Shown piece after piece: positions 25,819 to 39,500 of a stretch of 64,000 nucleotides of DNA. The stretch comes from the human T2T-CHM13v2.0 reference genome, Homo sapiens. Within the stretch, counting starts at the first letter, position 1. Each line of letters begins with the position of its first letter. A program made the position numbers and the translations under genes. The stretch lies in assembly GCF_009914755.1 (NCBI RefSeq), contig NC_060930.1. One strand, 5' to 3'. Below the pieces are notes generated by a model. That model was given only the letters and a program-made list of their open reading frames with translations. It ran no database searches and had not been told where the DNA came from.

Positions 25819-26094
25819 GGCTGGATGCGGTGGCTCATGCCTGTAATCCCAGCACTATGGGAGGCTAAGACAAAAATATTGCCTGAGCCCAGGAGTTTGA
25901 GACAAGCTTGGACCTCCTCTTTACAAAAAATTAAAAAGCTGGGTGTGATGGCAGACACCTGCAGTCTCAGCTATTTGGCAGGTTGAGGTGGTAGGATCAC
26001 TTGAACCCAGAAGGTGAAGTCTGCAGTAACCTGTATTCATACCATGCACTCCAGCTGTTTGCTTTTTTGAGACCCTGTCTCAAAAAAAAAAAAA
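25819..26094 (+). mobile_element. AluJ (diverged)
   Basis: gagcccaggagtttgagac and gagaccctgtctc-A13 J-type diagnostics; TSD-like aaatcatgtt (25809) / agatcatgta (26811). Confidence 0.9.
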
Positions 26095-26690
26095 TCACTG
26101 TGGAAAGCTGTGCGGAGATTCCTTAAAGAACGAAAAGCAGAACTATCATTTAATCCAGCAATCCCACCATTGGGTATCTACACAGAGGAAAATAAGTCAT
26201 TTTACAAAAGAGTTACTTGCACACACACGTTTATAGCAGCACAATTTGCAATTGCAAAAATGTGAAACCAACCCAAATGCCCATCAATCGACCAGTGGAA
26301 AATGAAACTGTGGTATACATATATGATGGATTAATACTCAGCCATAAAAAGAAATGAATTAATGGCATTCACAGCAACTTGGATGAGATTGGAGACTATT
26401 ATTTTAAGTGAAGTAACTCAGAAATGGAAAACCAAAGATTGTATGTTCTCACTGATATGTGGGAGCTAAGCTATGAGGACGCAAAGGCATAAGAATGATA
26501 CAATGGACTTCGGGAACTTCAGGGAAAGGGTAGGAGAGGGAGGGGGAAAAAGACTACAAATAGGGTGCAGTGTATACTGCTCAGGTGATGGGTGCAACAA
26601 AATCTCACAAATCACCACTAAAGAACTTACTCATGTAACCAAACATCACCTGTTCCCCCAATAACCTATGGAAATGAAAAAAAAATTAAA
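26095..26690 (+). mobile_element. L1PB1-type 3' end inserted in the AluJ A-tail
   Basis: gggagctaagctatgaggacgcaaaggcataagaatgatacaatggac...aaatcaccactaaagaacttactcatgtaaccaaa. Confidence 0.9.
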
Positions 26691-29446
26691 GTAATTTTTA
26701 AGTAGTTTTATGGCAAAAGACATTTGCTTGATGTGAAAACCATTTCTCTAATTTGAATCACATAGAAAATAAATTCTGCATGTTCAAAAAAAAAAAAAAG
26801 GAAAAGAAAAAGATCATGTAATCTTCAAACAAGAACAATTTGACTTCCTTCTTTCCAATGCAGATGCCTTTTATCTTTCTCTTTTCTAAGTATTATTGCC
26901 AGTACTTCCAGCGCAATGTTGAGTGAAGAGGTGAAAGTGGGCATTCTTGTCTTGTTCCTGATCTTAGAGAAAAAGGTTTCAGCTTTATTTGTTCAGTATG
27001 ATTCTAAATGTGGGTTTGTCATAGATGGCCTTTATTGTGTTGAGGTACATACCTTCTATACCTAATTTCTTAAGAGTTTTATCGTGAAGGGATGTTGAAT
27101 TTTGTCAAATGCCTTTTCTGTATTAATCAAAATGATCTAATCACCATGAAATGTTTCTTTTGTTTTTTCCATTTTTCTCTTCTTAAGTTGTCCTAACAGG
27201 TAACATTTTGAATCATTGTTTTTAGAAAACTCAAAATTACACTCATAGCATTTTTAGTTAATTGGAAATTAAGCCAAAAATCAGTACTTTAGATGATACA
27301 TTAGCAAATAGGCCTCCACTTTTCTGAGCTGAGCTCACCTGCAGGCATAAATCTGCTCTTTGAGGTTGCTTATAAATCTGTTTCACAAAAAGATCCTAAT
27401 AGTAATAGATGATTGTCTCAATGACTTCAAGTATGTTGACATTTTCAAGCTGGTTTTGAAAAGATGAAACTCTAGTAAACCTAGAACAATGTTTGGAAAA
27501 TGTATTCTGCTTTTTAAATTTACTTCTTTGTTTCCATTTGGTAGAAAATATTTTTCTATTATTAAAAAAAATCAATGTGTGAGAAACCTGAACTCTTAAA
27601 TCATGAAATGAACCTAAATTTATCTAGAGAAAATAAGCCCAAAGAATATAAACCAGAAAAGTGCAAATCGGTTTTAAAAATACAGTTTTAAATAGCTATC
27701 AAATGCAGTGCACGCTCCATAAACTGCAGACAGCTTCCTGAATAAAATATGAGGACATGTAGCTCTGTGACTATCTATCTCAGTTAGGTAAAAATAAATT
27801 CTGAAGAAAATTTCTAAATAGGCCATATAGTATCTGCAAAGGAATAAACAAAGTAGCCAGCAGTGACAGTGTTTGCTTTTCATGTGGTGGAACTGTGTGC
27901 AAATACAAGGCCCAACAAATGTCAGTTCCTCATTTGCAAATGAAGATGTAAAAGGAAATGTCAGTGACAGTACATGCAACAGTTCATATTTGAAGTTTGG
28001 CACAGTGAACTGACAGCTACAGAGGAGCTGCAGTGGCCTAATCCTTTCTTTCTGCCTTCTAGTAATGATAGTTTGGGGGGGGTGGGGGGTGGTTGTTAAT
28101 AAATATGTGATGAGGAAAAGCTGTGGAAGAATGGCATATCTTCTCCTCTGCAAGAACTCATCTTCAGAGATAATTAACTAGGTGACAACATACAATGTGC
28201 CATTAACAACAGCATTCAAATCATTTCTGGACTTAAGTACAGTTTTAAGCCGCTTATCAGATTTTCATTTCTGAATCCATTCAGCTGTCAGGCTTACATC
28301 CTGGCTCTTTATTGAAGCTCACATGGGAATCCAAAACCTTCTAATTTTCTATACAGATTCATTTCAGAATCAATTAGAGTTGGTGGCAGCCTTCTCCCTG
28401 TGTGCAAAGGGGATTAGCTGGGCACTTGCTCAGCTGAACTACCTCTGAATGCACATTCAAACTTCCATCGAGAATGAGCTCTTTCTCCCCCCTTCTAGAG
28501 GACCCTTCAACAATTGAACCGCTGTAGACAACAGATGGCAGATAATCACTTGAACAGCCTCCAATTTTGTCAGGAAAGGAAAAGTGATCATCCAACTCTC
28601 TCTTACAGTAGGTAAGAGACCTCTGGGCATTTGAAGCATGCTCTGCTTTTAAAATAGGGAAATCCACAGCTGTTCTCCCTTCTCTGGAAATCTCCTAACA
28701 ATGTCATCTTTCAGTCCTTGTCTCTGACTTTCTCTTATCAACTAGTGCCACATCTCCTCGACCTTTCTGCCTTCTCATTCTCCATACTGGTTCACCCAAT
28801 TTTGCCGAAACCTTTGTTCTGCATGCTACCAAGGTCTAAAATCATCTTCAATATTAGCAGTAAAACACTTTAATGCTATTCTTTCAGGAAACACTGTTAT
28901 GAAGTACACCTAATGTGTAAGTGCCATATACTGATATTTCACAGATAAACATTTTATGAACAGTATAAAATTTTGTAAATTAAATTATCACAAAAGAAAC
29001 ATAGAAAACAGATGTAGTCCACATGAACATGATGTTTATGTTTTACCTTTTCCTATATTCTGTTCAACGTAATGGACATTCAAATATCTTTTGTCCTATT
29101 AAAATTATTTAGTTATATTTATTCTTATTTTTAAATTTTACTAAAGGGCCCTATGTTCTTAGATTAAAAACAAATAAATTACTAGTCTTTCAATTAAAAA
29201 AACAGAGATCAATGGCCTCCACCTTTTGGTGCCTGTGAATGATGTCGTTCAATTATTTTAGAAGTTTCTTGTGTTAATTTCTTTTGTATTTCAAAATGCT
29301 GTCTTTACATTATAATTTCCTAACCTTTTGATTTCAGGTGTTATGTTCTGACTTTTCCCTTAGAAATATAATGTTTGGACTCATTTACTCTGAGTTGGCT
29401 GCCATTCTGCACAGTTTTTTGTCTTGCACTCCAAGAAGTAACATAC

Positions 29447-29484
29447 ATATATATATATATGAATATGAATATGAATATGAATAA
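29447..29484. repeat. (TA)n plus (TGAATA)n simple repeat
   Basis: Directly visible. Confidence 0.9.
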
Positions 29485-30589
29485 TATCCATGGAGTTGTG
29501 CTGAGTGTTGTAGACCCTTTGTCTTGCTCCCACCCCACCAATAGAAATGGAACCTTCCTATCTCTATTCCTCCACTGTGTTACTGATTCACTTAAACCTA
29601 AGCTGCCACTGATTATAAGGTGTGGCATTACTTTATGCTTGTACTTAGAAAAATAAAATGCTTCTAATTAAACTATAACACAATGTTTTCTTATCATTAA
29701 GAATTTTTATTATACTCATTTAAAGAGCCATTTTAGATTTATTTAGACAATGATTTATACCATATATTATAATTTTGCTTACTGAAGAAGAAAAATTAAA
29801 AAATTGATTAAGCCTTTCATAAAATTTCCTCCTATTAAGAATCTGACTTAGGAATCACTTTTCAACACAGGGATGTTCTTTATGTTTTCCAAAACAATAT
29901 TATTGTTCTGTGTACTGCAAGAATGTTGAAAATGCAGCATATTGTAAAAGACCACTTGCTGTTATCTCTTGAATTTTTTCCAAGCTTCTAACATCCTGAC
30001 ATTTTCTTGATCTTAAGAGATGTCAGTGGAAAGTTCTCAGACAAAAATTGATGCTCTTGTTTCTTGCTTAAATGGTAATGAAATGGTTTATTGCCTGACA
30101 AATGCAGGTGTTATAGTTGCCCAGACATGCCACTAAAATTAATAATCATATTCCTTCATGTGCTGGCAAGGACAACTACATGAGGATGCCTGGCCAAGGG
30201 CCTTCGTAAGATGCTGTTGATTGGTTATAAAATTGTATTATAATTTCAGAGATGAAGAAATATTTTCAGAGAATAGAAGAAAAGCATCTAATAATTCATT
30301 AAATAGTAATCAAGAACCAGTTGAGTGAATATGTCTTTCTTACATTCTTAAGACTACTAAAGATATGATGAATATTAAAGATCTTAAGATTATTAACAAT
30401 AGGATCTAAGTAATGTTTAATAAACACATCGGTTCTGTTGTACAACACTTCGGTATTCCTAGGATTAGTAATTGAATGTTTTATGTTGATTACTTTTGTC
30501 ATTTTATAATTCTTCTCCCATGATTCTTCAACAGAAATTTAAAACCCAACTCAGTGCAGTCAAACCTGTCAAGAATTTTTCTTGCTCTT

Positions 30590-31560
30590 TTGACTGATCC
30601 CTTCTAGAGGTCTGTTTCCTCTGATCCAAGATAGAATGCTTTTTTCATTAGAGTAATTCAGACCATCCTCTGAGGTCTTCCCTTGACCACTTTTGTAGAT
30701 TCCATATTTCATGGGTCTTATATCTTTCTCTTTCTTCCAGTGGTCACAGAACATACCTTCCAAAAGATTACTGAGAAGGAGCTCGTGGGAGGGACATTTT
30801 AAAAAATCATATTTGATTGATAGTTTGGTTGCATATAGAATATTTGAATGAACATCATGATTCTTCAAAATTGAAATGACATTACGTCTATTGGATTCTA
30901 CTCTCATAGGGTTATTCTTGAGAATTCTAATGGCATTAGAATTTTAATCTTCTGTATGTGAACTCATTTATTTTCTTATGAGAATATTTTTAATGCTCGA
31001 AAAATTTACAGTGTTATATTTGAGTATCTCATCATTGAACCTTTTAAAAATACAGAGACTTAACTTTCTATATTTTTGTTCCTTTCTTCCTCTCCTTTTT
31101 CTTTGTTGCATGTTTTTGGAGTTCCTTTCACATGGATTTGGTATCTCCTAAATTAAACCTCTATTATGCTCATTATTTCTCTAATATTGCCCATCTCTGC
31201 CTTTCAAAAATCTCATCCCTCAGCAATTTCCTCAGCTTATGCATTCCTTTATTCTAAGACATTTTTGACTTGGGTTATACTTGTTGATTTTTGACTTTGA
31301 TAATTCTAATTCCCAATAATATTTTCATGATCTCTCTTGATCCTTTCCTAAATAACATCCTGTTGTTATTTCACCGTGCAATTTCTTCTCTTATACACAA
31401 CAAATCTCTTAATTATTTTTATGGTCGTGTTGTATTGTTTATGTAGGTTTTCCTCATATATCTAGCAATGTATAGTGAGCAGTTTCTGTTTGAGATTGAA
31501 GCAGTAAAATGCTCATTGGAATTTCTGTGTGAGAAGCTTAAATTTTAATTGATAGGCTTC
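30590..31560 (-). mobile_element. HAL1 / ancient L1 ORF1-like remnant
   Basis: ORF 30569..30907 contains RRNVISILKNHDVHSNILYATKLSIK...SHELLLSNLLE, resembling the ORF1p C-terminal ILYPAKLS motif; no ORF2 follows. Confidence 0.6.
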
Positions 31561-32109
31561 TCTTCAACATTATTAAGAAAAGAATATTCCAGCATCAGAA
31601 GCTGCTGATGTTTCCTCTGGGGACAAACCTTTCCCCAGGAGCAACAGTTCCGATGTCTGCTTGGTGGGGATAAGTGTGCCTAAGACAGAACTCTGTACTA
31701 AGCAGGGGAAGGATTCTAGGCCTATTTTTATGATAGTAAGATGGATTTAACTTTTCAAAGTCAGGTCTAATTATACTATTTACATTTTTAAACAATTTGC
31801 TTGTTTCTAGCATCAGTACTCTTTCTGGACTTTTTTCTACGGCCTCCGTTTCCTGAGCAGTTTAGGATGGTTTTCTGTGGCAGCAACTGCATTTCAGCTT
31901 CTTACTGATTTTCTTCTCAGCAAGCACTTAAGGTCTAGCTTCCTCTTAAAAAACAGACCCTCCTCTCTACCTTTCAAAAATAGTTTTACATCACCAAACC
32001 TTCTGCCATATCCTCATGGTGAGTAGATTTCTTTTTCAGTATTTTACTCTCATTTTATTGATGTTTCAGTAGAAAGTGGAGATAAATGCATATATTCAAT
32101 CCAGCATAT

Positions 32110-34075
32110 ATAATTGAGGCACTCAAAATTTAATATTTTTCATAATACATATATAAATGGTACATATTTAAGGAATAACCTTAATAAATTTTGGTATTTG
32201 TATACATCTGTAAGGCTCTCACCAAATAAAACATTAAATAGATATATCAGCGCCTGGAGGTTCTTTACGTTCTTTGTAATCCCTCCCTCCTGCTCTTTTA
32301 TCCCCGGACAACCACTGATAGTATTCTGTCATTGCATATTAAGTTGTACCCTCTAGCATGTTACGTAAATGCAATCATATATTATATACTCATTTTGCCT
32401 GAATTCTTTCACTCTGCATAGTTTTGAGAATCAACTATGTCCAAAATATATCAATATGTAATTTTTTGACAAGTCATAATTTACTGTATAGATATAACAC
32501 AATTAGTTTATTCTTTTCAGTTGCTGATTGATATTGAGTTGTTTCCTGTTTTAAACCATTAGAAATAAACATATGTTTGTGTTAATTTAGTGTTCACTTG
32601 ATGTATATGCTTTGTAATTATTTTCTACCGTTCTGTGGCTTGTCACCTCATTCTTTTAATAGTATTTTTCAAAGACCAAACATTTTAAATTTTGATGAAG
32701 TCTAAATATTAATTTATTATTTTATGGATCATGTTTTGGTGTCATATCAAAGAAATTTTTACCTAAACTAAAATCACAAGATTTTTATCCTATACTTTCT
32801 TTAAGACAAATTATAATTTAGAATTTATGGTTAGATTTGTGATATAATTTTAACTAATTTTTGTATAAGATTTGCAGTATTTATCAAAGTTTATTTAATG
32901 CATATTTTTTCTCCCCATATTGGTTTTGCACTTTTGTTGAAAATCAGTTGTCCACCTATGTGTGGGTCTGGTCATGGATTCTCTACTTTGTTTCATTGAT
33001 ATTTTTCTATCCTTGCATTAATACCATACTATCTTGATTACTCTAGGTTTATAATACATTTTGAAACAAGTACTGCTAGTTTTTTAATTTTTCTATAATT
33101 TTTTGGAGTATTCTAGGTGATCTGAACTTCCTAATGAAATTTAGAATCAGTTAGGAAATCCTCACAAAACACCTGATGGAATTACAATTGAGATTACTTA
33201 TCTTTATGAATACATACAATATATTTAAATAACTGTTTTTAATATCTTTGTCTGCTAAATGTAATGTCTGTGTCAATTCTGGTTTTGTTTCAATTGATTG
33301 ATAAATTGCCCTAATTATGGATCATATTTTCCAGCAGCTTCATATTTCTGATACTCTTTTATTGGATCCTCAACATTAGTAATTTTACTATGTTGGGTAC
33401 TGGATATTTTTGTATTCCTTTACAAATTCTTTAAATTTCCACTGTGAGAATGTTAACTTTCTTGGAAAGAATAACCCTTTCAAGTCTTGCTTTCATGACT
33501 TTTTCCAGAGTTTTAGACCAGGCTCAGTATACAACTAATTGTTTTCTGAATCCTCTATCCAATGCGCTGTGACTTAATAATTGTGTTCTGGCTGTTGGAA
33601 ATGGACATAATTTCCTTCTAATCTCATTTGGTGGTTTTACCTGGGTCTTCAGTAGTTTCATCATACATGTGAACAGATCAGTATTCTGATGAACCATTGT
33701 GAGTGCCATTGTGCATCTCCAGGTTTCTCTCATGTGTTCTCCTATGTTGCTTAGTTCTACAAACTGCAGCTCCTCAAAACGTCAGCTCCATTTCTTAATT
33801 TTGGGAAACCTTCTGTGTCCCACTGGGGCTTTCTGTTTCTGCCCATTTTCCTGGAAACTGTCCTAAGGAAATAAACTAGGTAATCATAGAATTCACTTTA
33901 ATTTTTTCCAGTTATTCTTTCAGAAATAACGGTTCTTTAATGCCTTATTTGTAGTGTCCTCAAATACATTGTTTATTATATATTTATTGTGGGTTGTTTT
34001 GATGTTTGCTTCTGATTGTTTTTGTTAGGACAGTAAATGTGGCTCTATTACTCCATTCTGGTTAGTGGTAAGAAT
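32110..34075 (-). mobile_element. L1ME/L1MC-type fragments (3' UTR and ORF2 end to ~33200, then a 5' region)
   Basis: T-rich reverse-complement L1M motifs (ttttaaattttgatgaagtctaaat; atatctttgtctgctaaat). Confidence 0.7.
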
Positions 34076-35008
34076 GCTCACATATTGTCTCTAAAAGACT
34101 GTATATTCTCATAGTTAGGGAGCCCTAAGCCATCCAATTTTCTCATTTCTACTAATTTTATACAGTAAAGGAAAGCATATTTTTATGTACAACTCAGACT
34201 TCCTTAATCTTAATTAAATATATGATCAAGGAATATAAAAGCAAATTAATTATTGCTGTTTCAGTCTCAGCCTAGATGCACAGAAACTGATGTGTTGGAA
34301 AATCATTTTTACATTACATAAAATGTTTAAAGTTTAAAAATATTTATCTCAGGACTAATATTGAAATGTATATACTTATTTGAAAAATTAATTTTGCTTT
34401 ATTTTTGAAAAGATAAGATGAAGTACATAAAATACTTTTTCCCTTTATTAAAACATGAAAAACTACAGCCTAGTGTGATTATATAATTGCTTTAGGCCAC
34501 AGTCAATAGGTATAGGGTTCCAGTTCAGTTCTCCTTCTTTGATGCAGTTTGAAATTTTTGTAAACTTTAGTTACTAATATTTCAATGTAAAAAATATGTT
34601 TTTACTCTACAATATATAATCTCAATTACTGAACTTCCAGATGAAAAGCATTAATGGTACTCCCTGAAATTAGCTTTTACCAAAAGTTTATATTAAAAAA
34701 GTAGGAAATAAAAACATACCACTTCGATGAGTTTACTTTTAAAAAGAAAAGAAAACCAAACAATCAGTTCACAGGCATACTTGCCTTCTTTTGTTTAAAT
34801 GAAATCCTCATATCCACATGAATTAAATGGATATGCATTTCACAAAATACCAGATACATGCATCTTTTAAAAGTTTCAGTAGCACTGAGGAGAAATTTAG
34901 TGAGCAATTTTGTTTAGATACATAAATTTAAAAATTGAGAAAACAATTTAATTTCAAGGTTGATAAGTGCTTTGATCAATAAACCTGAATATTTTCAGTA
35001 AAATACTC

Positions 35009-35394
35009 TGTTACAGTTTGAATAGGTCCCATAGAAGTTTATATGTTGGAAACTTAATTACTATTGCAACAATGTTGGCAGATGGGACCTAATAAGAAGT
35101 CATTGGGTTAAGAAGGCAGAGCCCTGATGAATGGATTAATGTCAGTACTATGGGAATGGTTAACTATCACAAGAGCGTGTTGTTATAAAGAGAACCCTGC
35201 CCTTAGTGTTGTGCTATCTATCTTTTTTGCTTGCTCACTTCTACCTTTTGCCCTTCCACCATGGGATGACCCTTTGCAGATGCCAGAGCCATGCTCTTGG
35301 TCTTCTCCACTCCAGAATCAAATAAACTTCTAATGATTATTATTTATACATTCTGTGATATTCTGTTATACCAACAGAGAATGGACTAAAGACA
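35009..35394 (+). mobile_element. MSTD-type solo LTR
   Basis: TG...CA termini, gcagagccctgatgaatggattaatg; perfect 5-bp TSD TACTC at 35004-35008 and 35395-35399. Confidence 0.88.
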
Positions 35395-35659
35395 TACTCT
35401 TTGACTTACTTTACATATAGCCATAGATTTTAATAATTATGCAGAGCTGGGCTTTTATTCTGGTGTTGACTATTAAGAGGTTGAGCAAAGTGATTCTGCC
35501 TTGTCTCTAGTTTGTAAGCAATCTTCCTTTATAATAGAAACTAAAAAAAGAAACCTACCAAATTTATTGTATGTACATATTAAGAAATGAAAGATATAAT
35601 TCATTTTGAATTATTTATATGGAAATATAAGGGTCTTTCTAATAGACATGTAAATTTAA

Positions 35660-36440
35660 AGCATGTGTTTGGTATATGTTACTATAGGTTTAAGTCTTGT
35701 TTCTGTTGATAACTAGCTTTGTGACTTTAGACAAATTGTTTAAAATCTTTTTCCTCAGGTTCTTTAGTGATCTGTGCTGCCTTCCATGCACTACCCCAGA
35801 CATTCATATTATCACAAAACACATTTCCATTACCTCCAAAGTATATCCCAAACCTGTCCATGTCCATTTTCACTGCAGCTCTCCTCATCCAAGCCATAAT
35901 TACCTTTACCTGGCCAATTACAATAGCCATTTAATGCCTATTATTGCTACTGCTTGTTGCTTCTGTTTAAAACAAGATTTTTTTTTCACATCAGCTAGCA
36001 TAAAACTCAACTCAGTCTGTTTTAAATAATATGAAATTTATTGGCACACAAAACTGGAAGTGCAGAATTAGGCTTTAGGGTTGACTTGATTCTTTAATAC
36101 TGACTCATTTCTCTCCAAATTTCCTGGCTGTGATATACTCTGTGTGTCAGCTTCAGGCTCATAGTGAGATGATACAGTCATGTGATGACATGCATAGGAA
36201 TAGGAAGAATCACCTGCAAAAACTCTCACAGAACTCCCAGAAAATTATTTGTTAGAGCTTCTTTGGCTAAAGCCTCATTTCTGAACCAATTTCTGGGTGT
36301 AATCTCACACAAATCAGGTCTATGTTGACAGGACTAGAATCAACTTCCTTGGGTTTCATGAAAAGGGGTAAACACTTGAACAATATAGGGTTTTTGTCAG
36401 GAAAGATAAGGAAAACAATGCAAAATTATAGAAAAATAAT
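35660..36440. mobile_element. Cluster of ancient fragments: MIR (~35660-35760), L2 (~35790-35950), MLT1-type LTR (~35965-36440, minus)
   Basis: Short diagnostic motifs only (tgtgactttagacaaatt; tccaagccataattacctttacctgg; aatttattggcacacaaaactggaag). Confidence 0.45.
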
Positions 36441-36579
36441 ATGTTTTCTATAGCTAGAGAGATTATATGTTCTCCTTTACAAGGAATAGTTGACTGCTGT
36501 ACTTTTTTTTTTGAATGGATATTAATTTACATAGTCACCTCTATAATCCATATCTACACAGCAGCCAGTATATCATCTT

Positions 36580-39500
36580 TAATATAAATGCTTCTATTAA
36601 TTTATTTTCAATCTGTATTCTATTTATTTTTCTTATCTTGTTGAACTGGCTAAGACTTCTAGTATATCAGGGCAATGCTGAGTAGGAGTGGAAAAAGAAT
36701 ATGTTATTTCCGTGTTCCTAATTTAAGGAAAAACATTGACTCATTCACCACTAAATATGAAGATGTTTTTATGTATTCTGTAGATATCACTTATCAAGTT
36801 AAGCAATTCTCAGAGCACTGAAAACTACTTTATCTCATAAATGTGACGTATTATGTTTTGGTTTTCATTCAGTTCTACATATTTTGATTGACTTCCCTTG
36901 AGACTTCTTCTTTAACGTGAATTATTTAGAAGGGTGTTGGATATCTAATATTGAAATATTTGAGAATTTTACAAATATCTTATTAGTACTACTAGTTTAT
37001 TGCATTATATCTACAAAAATGCTTTTATGATTTCCATTATTTTAACTTGTTAGATTGTTTCATGGCCCAGAATATGTTCTATCTTGATAAATGTTCTAGA
37101 TACTTTTGACAAAATTGTGTATTCTCTGTTGTTCGATGGACCATTCTATAAATCTCAATTAGGTTGAATTGGCAAATAATGTTGTTCAGGTATTCTGTGT
37201 TCTTACTGGTTTTCTGTTCAATCATTTAATGAGAAAAAAATAGACAATTTTAATTTGAATTGTTGATTTACTGATTTTTTTTGTTATATCAGTTTTTGCT
37301 TCATGTATTTTAAAGCTATTTTAAGTGCATTTGTATTTAATATTATTAAAACTTCTTGGAGGAATGACCCTTTTATCATTATGTAAGAATTCTTGGTTCC
37401 TGAAAATAGTTATTGTTTTGAAGTCTATATCATCTTTTCTTAATAGCCTAACTTTTTCTATCAGTTTCCTTTTATATTGTCCACGTTTTTGTATGTAAAA
37501 TGAGTGTCTTATAAATATCATATACTGTAATAGTGTTTTTTTCTTTTTTCCTCAAATAACAATCTTGGTTGTTTAATTGTTGTGTTTGGACCATTTTCAT
37601 TTAATGTGTTTCTTATAAAAGGATTAATATTTATCATCTTCCTGTTTATTTTTTCCATCTCTTATTTTATTTTTTATTTTTGCTTTTTTCAATAAATTGT
37701 ACAATTTTTATTATTCTATGTCATGTCAACCTTTAACTGATTACTTTTACTTTAAAAATTGTGACTTTTAGAGTTTAAAATAAACATTTTTAATTAATTA
37801 ACATTCACATTCAAACAATATTGTGCCACATGATTTCTATTATAAGGGACTTCAACAATATTTGACCAATTCTTACTATCCTTGGTTATTTATGTTATGA
37901 ATTTTAATTTTACATATGCTTTAAAAACATGATATTCCTACTGTTCTAGTTATATACCTAAAGTTCTATTTTAGAGCAATTAAAAATAAGAGAACATTAA
38001 AGTTTATTTGTTCTGTTTTTAGTGTCCTTCAAATTTTGTGGAGACACATTTTTCTACTTGGTATCAGACTTGCTCTCACTGAAAATTTGCCTTTATCATT
38101 TTTTACAGTATAATTCTATTAGTAACAAATTCTGTATTTTTATTGTATTTAAAAGGGTTTATTTATCCTTCATTTTAAAAAGGTACATTCACTGAGTTTA
38201 AAATTCTTGGTTGACATATTTTATTTCACTCAATTTGCTTTTATTTTGGATAATTTCTACCAAGAAATATCCTGTAAATATTTTCTTTGTTTCTCAGTAT
38301 ATAATATATGCCTTTTACTATGGTTGCATTCAAGATTATTATTTACTTATTTATTTATTTTGCCTTTTGCTTTTTAACAGTTTGAGCATGACATGCTTAG
38401 AATTGTGTTTGTGTGCCTTTCTCATGCTGAATGTTCTCTGAGATTCTTAGGTCTACAGTTTTGTGACTGTCATTAATTTTGAAAAACAAATATGTAGATA
38501 ACTGATACTGAAGTAAATAATATTTATGCTTTAAAATTGACATTCCTATAAATCCTTTGTTCTGGTAGATGTTTCATTGAGATTTAGGGCTAATTTTCTT
38601 AGAAGTTGAGGTGGGTCATTTGGGTTTTGCTGTCACTATGGTTACACTCAGTGCTCCATAGGCTTTAAATTCAACTCATGATATGTTGTGTTTAAAAGAA
38701 GGATTCCAAGTCTTTGCTATTTTGAGTAGTGCCGCAGTAAGCATATGTGTGCATGTGTCTTTATAGCAGCATGATTTATATTCCTTTGGGTATATACCCA
38801 GTAATGGGACGGCTGGGTCAAATGGTATTTCTAGTTCTAGATCGCTGAGGAATCACCACACTGTCTTCCACAATGGTTGAACTAGTTTACACTCCCACCA
38901 ACACTGTAAAAGTGTTCCTATTTCTCCACATTCTCTGCAGCACCTGTTGTTTCCTGACTTTTTAATGATCGCCATTCTAACTGGTGTGAGATGATATCTC
39001 ATTGTGGTTTTGATTTGCATTTCTTTGACGGCCAGTAAATGTCCAACAATGATAGACTGGATTAAGAAAATGTGGCACATATACACCATGGAATACTATG
39101 CAGCCGTAAAAAATGATGAGTCCATATCCTTTGTAGGGACATGGATGAAGCTGGAAACCATCATTCTCAGCAAACTATCGCAAAAACCAAACACCGCATG
39201 TTCTCACTCATAGGTGGGAATTGAACAATGAGAACACATGGACACAGGAAGGGGAACATCACACACCAGGGCCTGTCGTGGGGTGGGGAGAGGGGGAGGG
39301 ATAGCATTAGGAGATATACCTAATATAAATGACGAGTTAATGGGTGCAGCACACCAACATGGCACATGTATACACATGTAACAAAACTGCACGTTGTGCA
39401 CATGTACCCTAGAACTTAAAGCGTAATAAATATATATATATAAAATAAAAAAATAAAAGGAGGATTCATTTTTCAAACGTATTCTTTCAGTTACTATTCA

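Larger units (their letters stand above)
23775..27140 (-). mobile_element. 5'-truncated L1MA (approx. MA5-7), split at 25818/26811 by nested insertions
   Basis: L1MA 3' UTR and reverse-complement ORF2; ORF 24866..25150 gives ORF2p-like peptide WENWISTRRRKKLGSYLSPYTDINSKYIK; sequence resumes collinearly at 26811. Confidence 0.88.

Noticed and set aside
27674-28153. 159-aa minus-strand ORF, the longest outside repeats
   Set aside because: Non-ATG start, Cys/Phe/Leu-rich random-like composition, no recognisable domain or flanking splice sites.
29319-29443. Possible + strand exon (cctaac...tttcAG at 29337 to gtaaca)
   Set aside because: The branch-like motif is only about 14 nt from the AG, the donor is weak and there are no partner exons.
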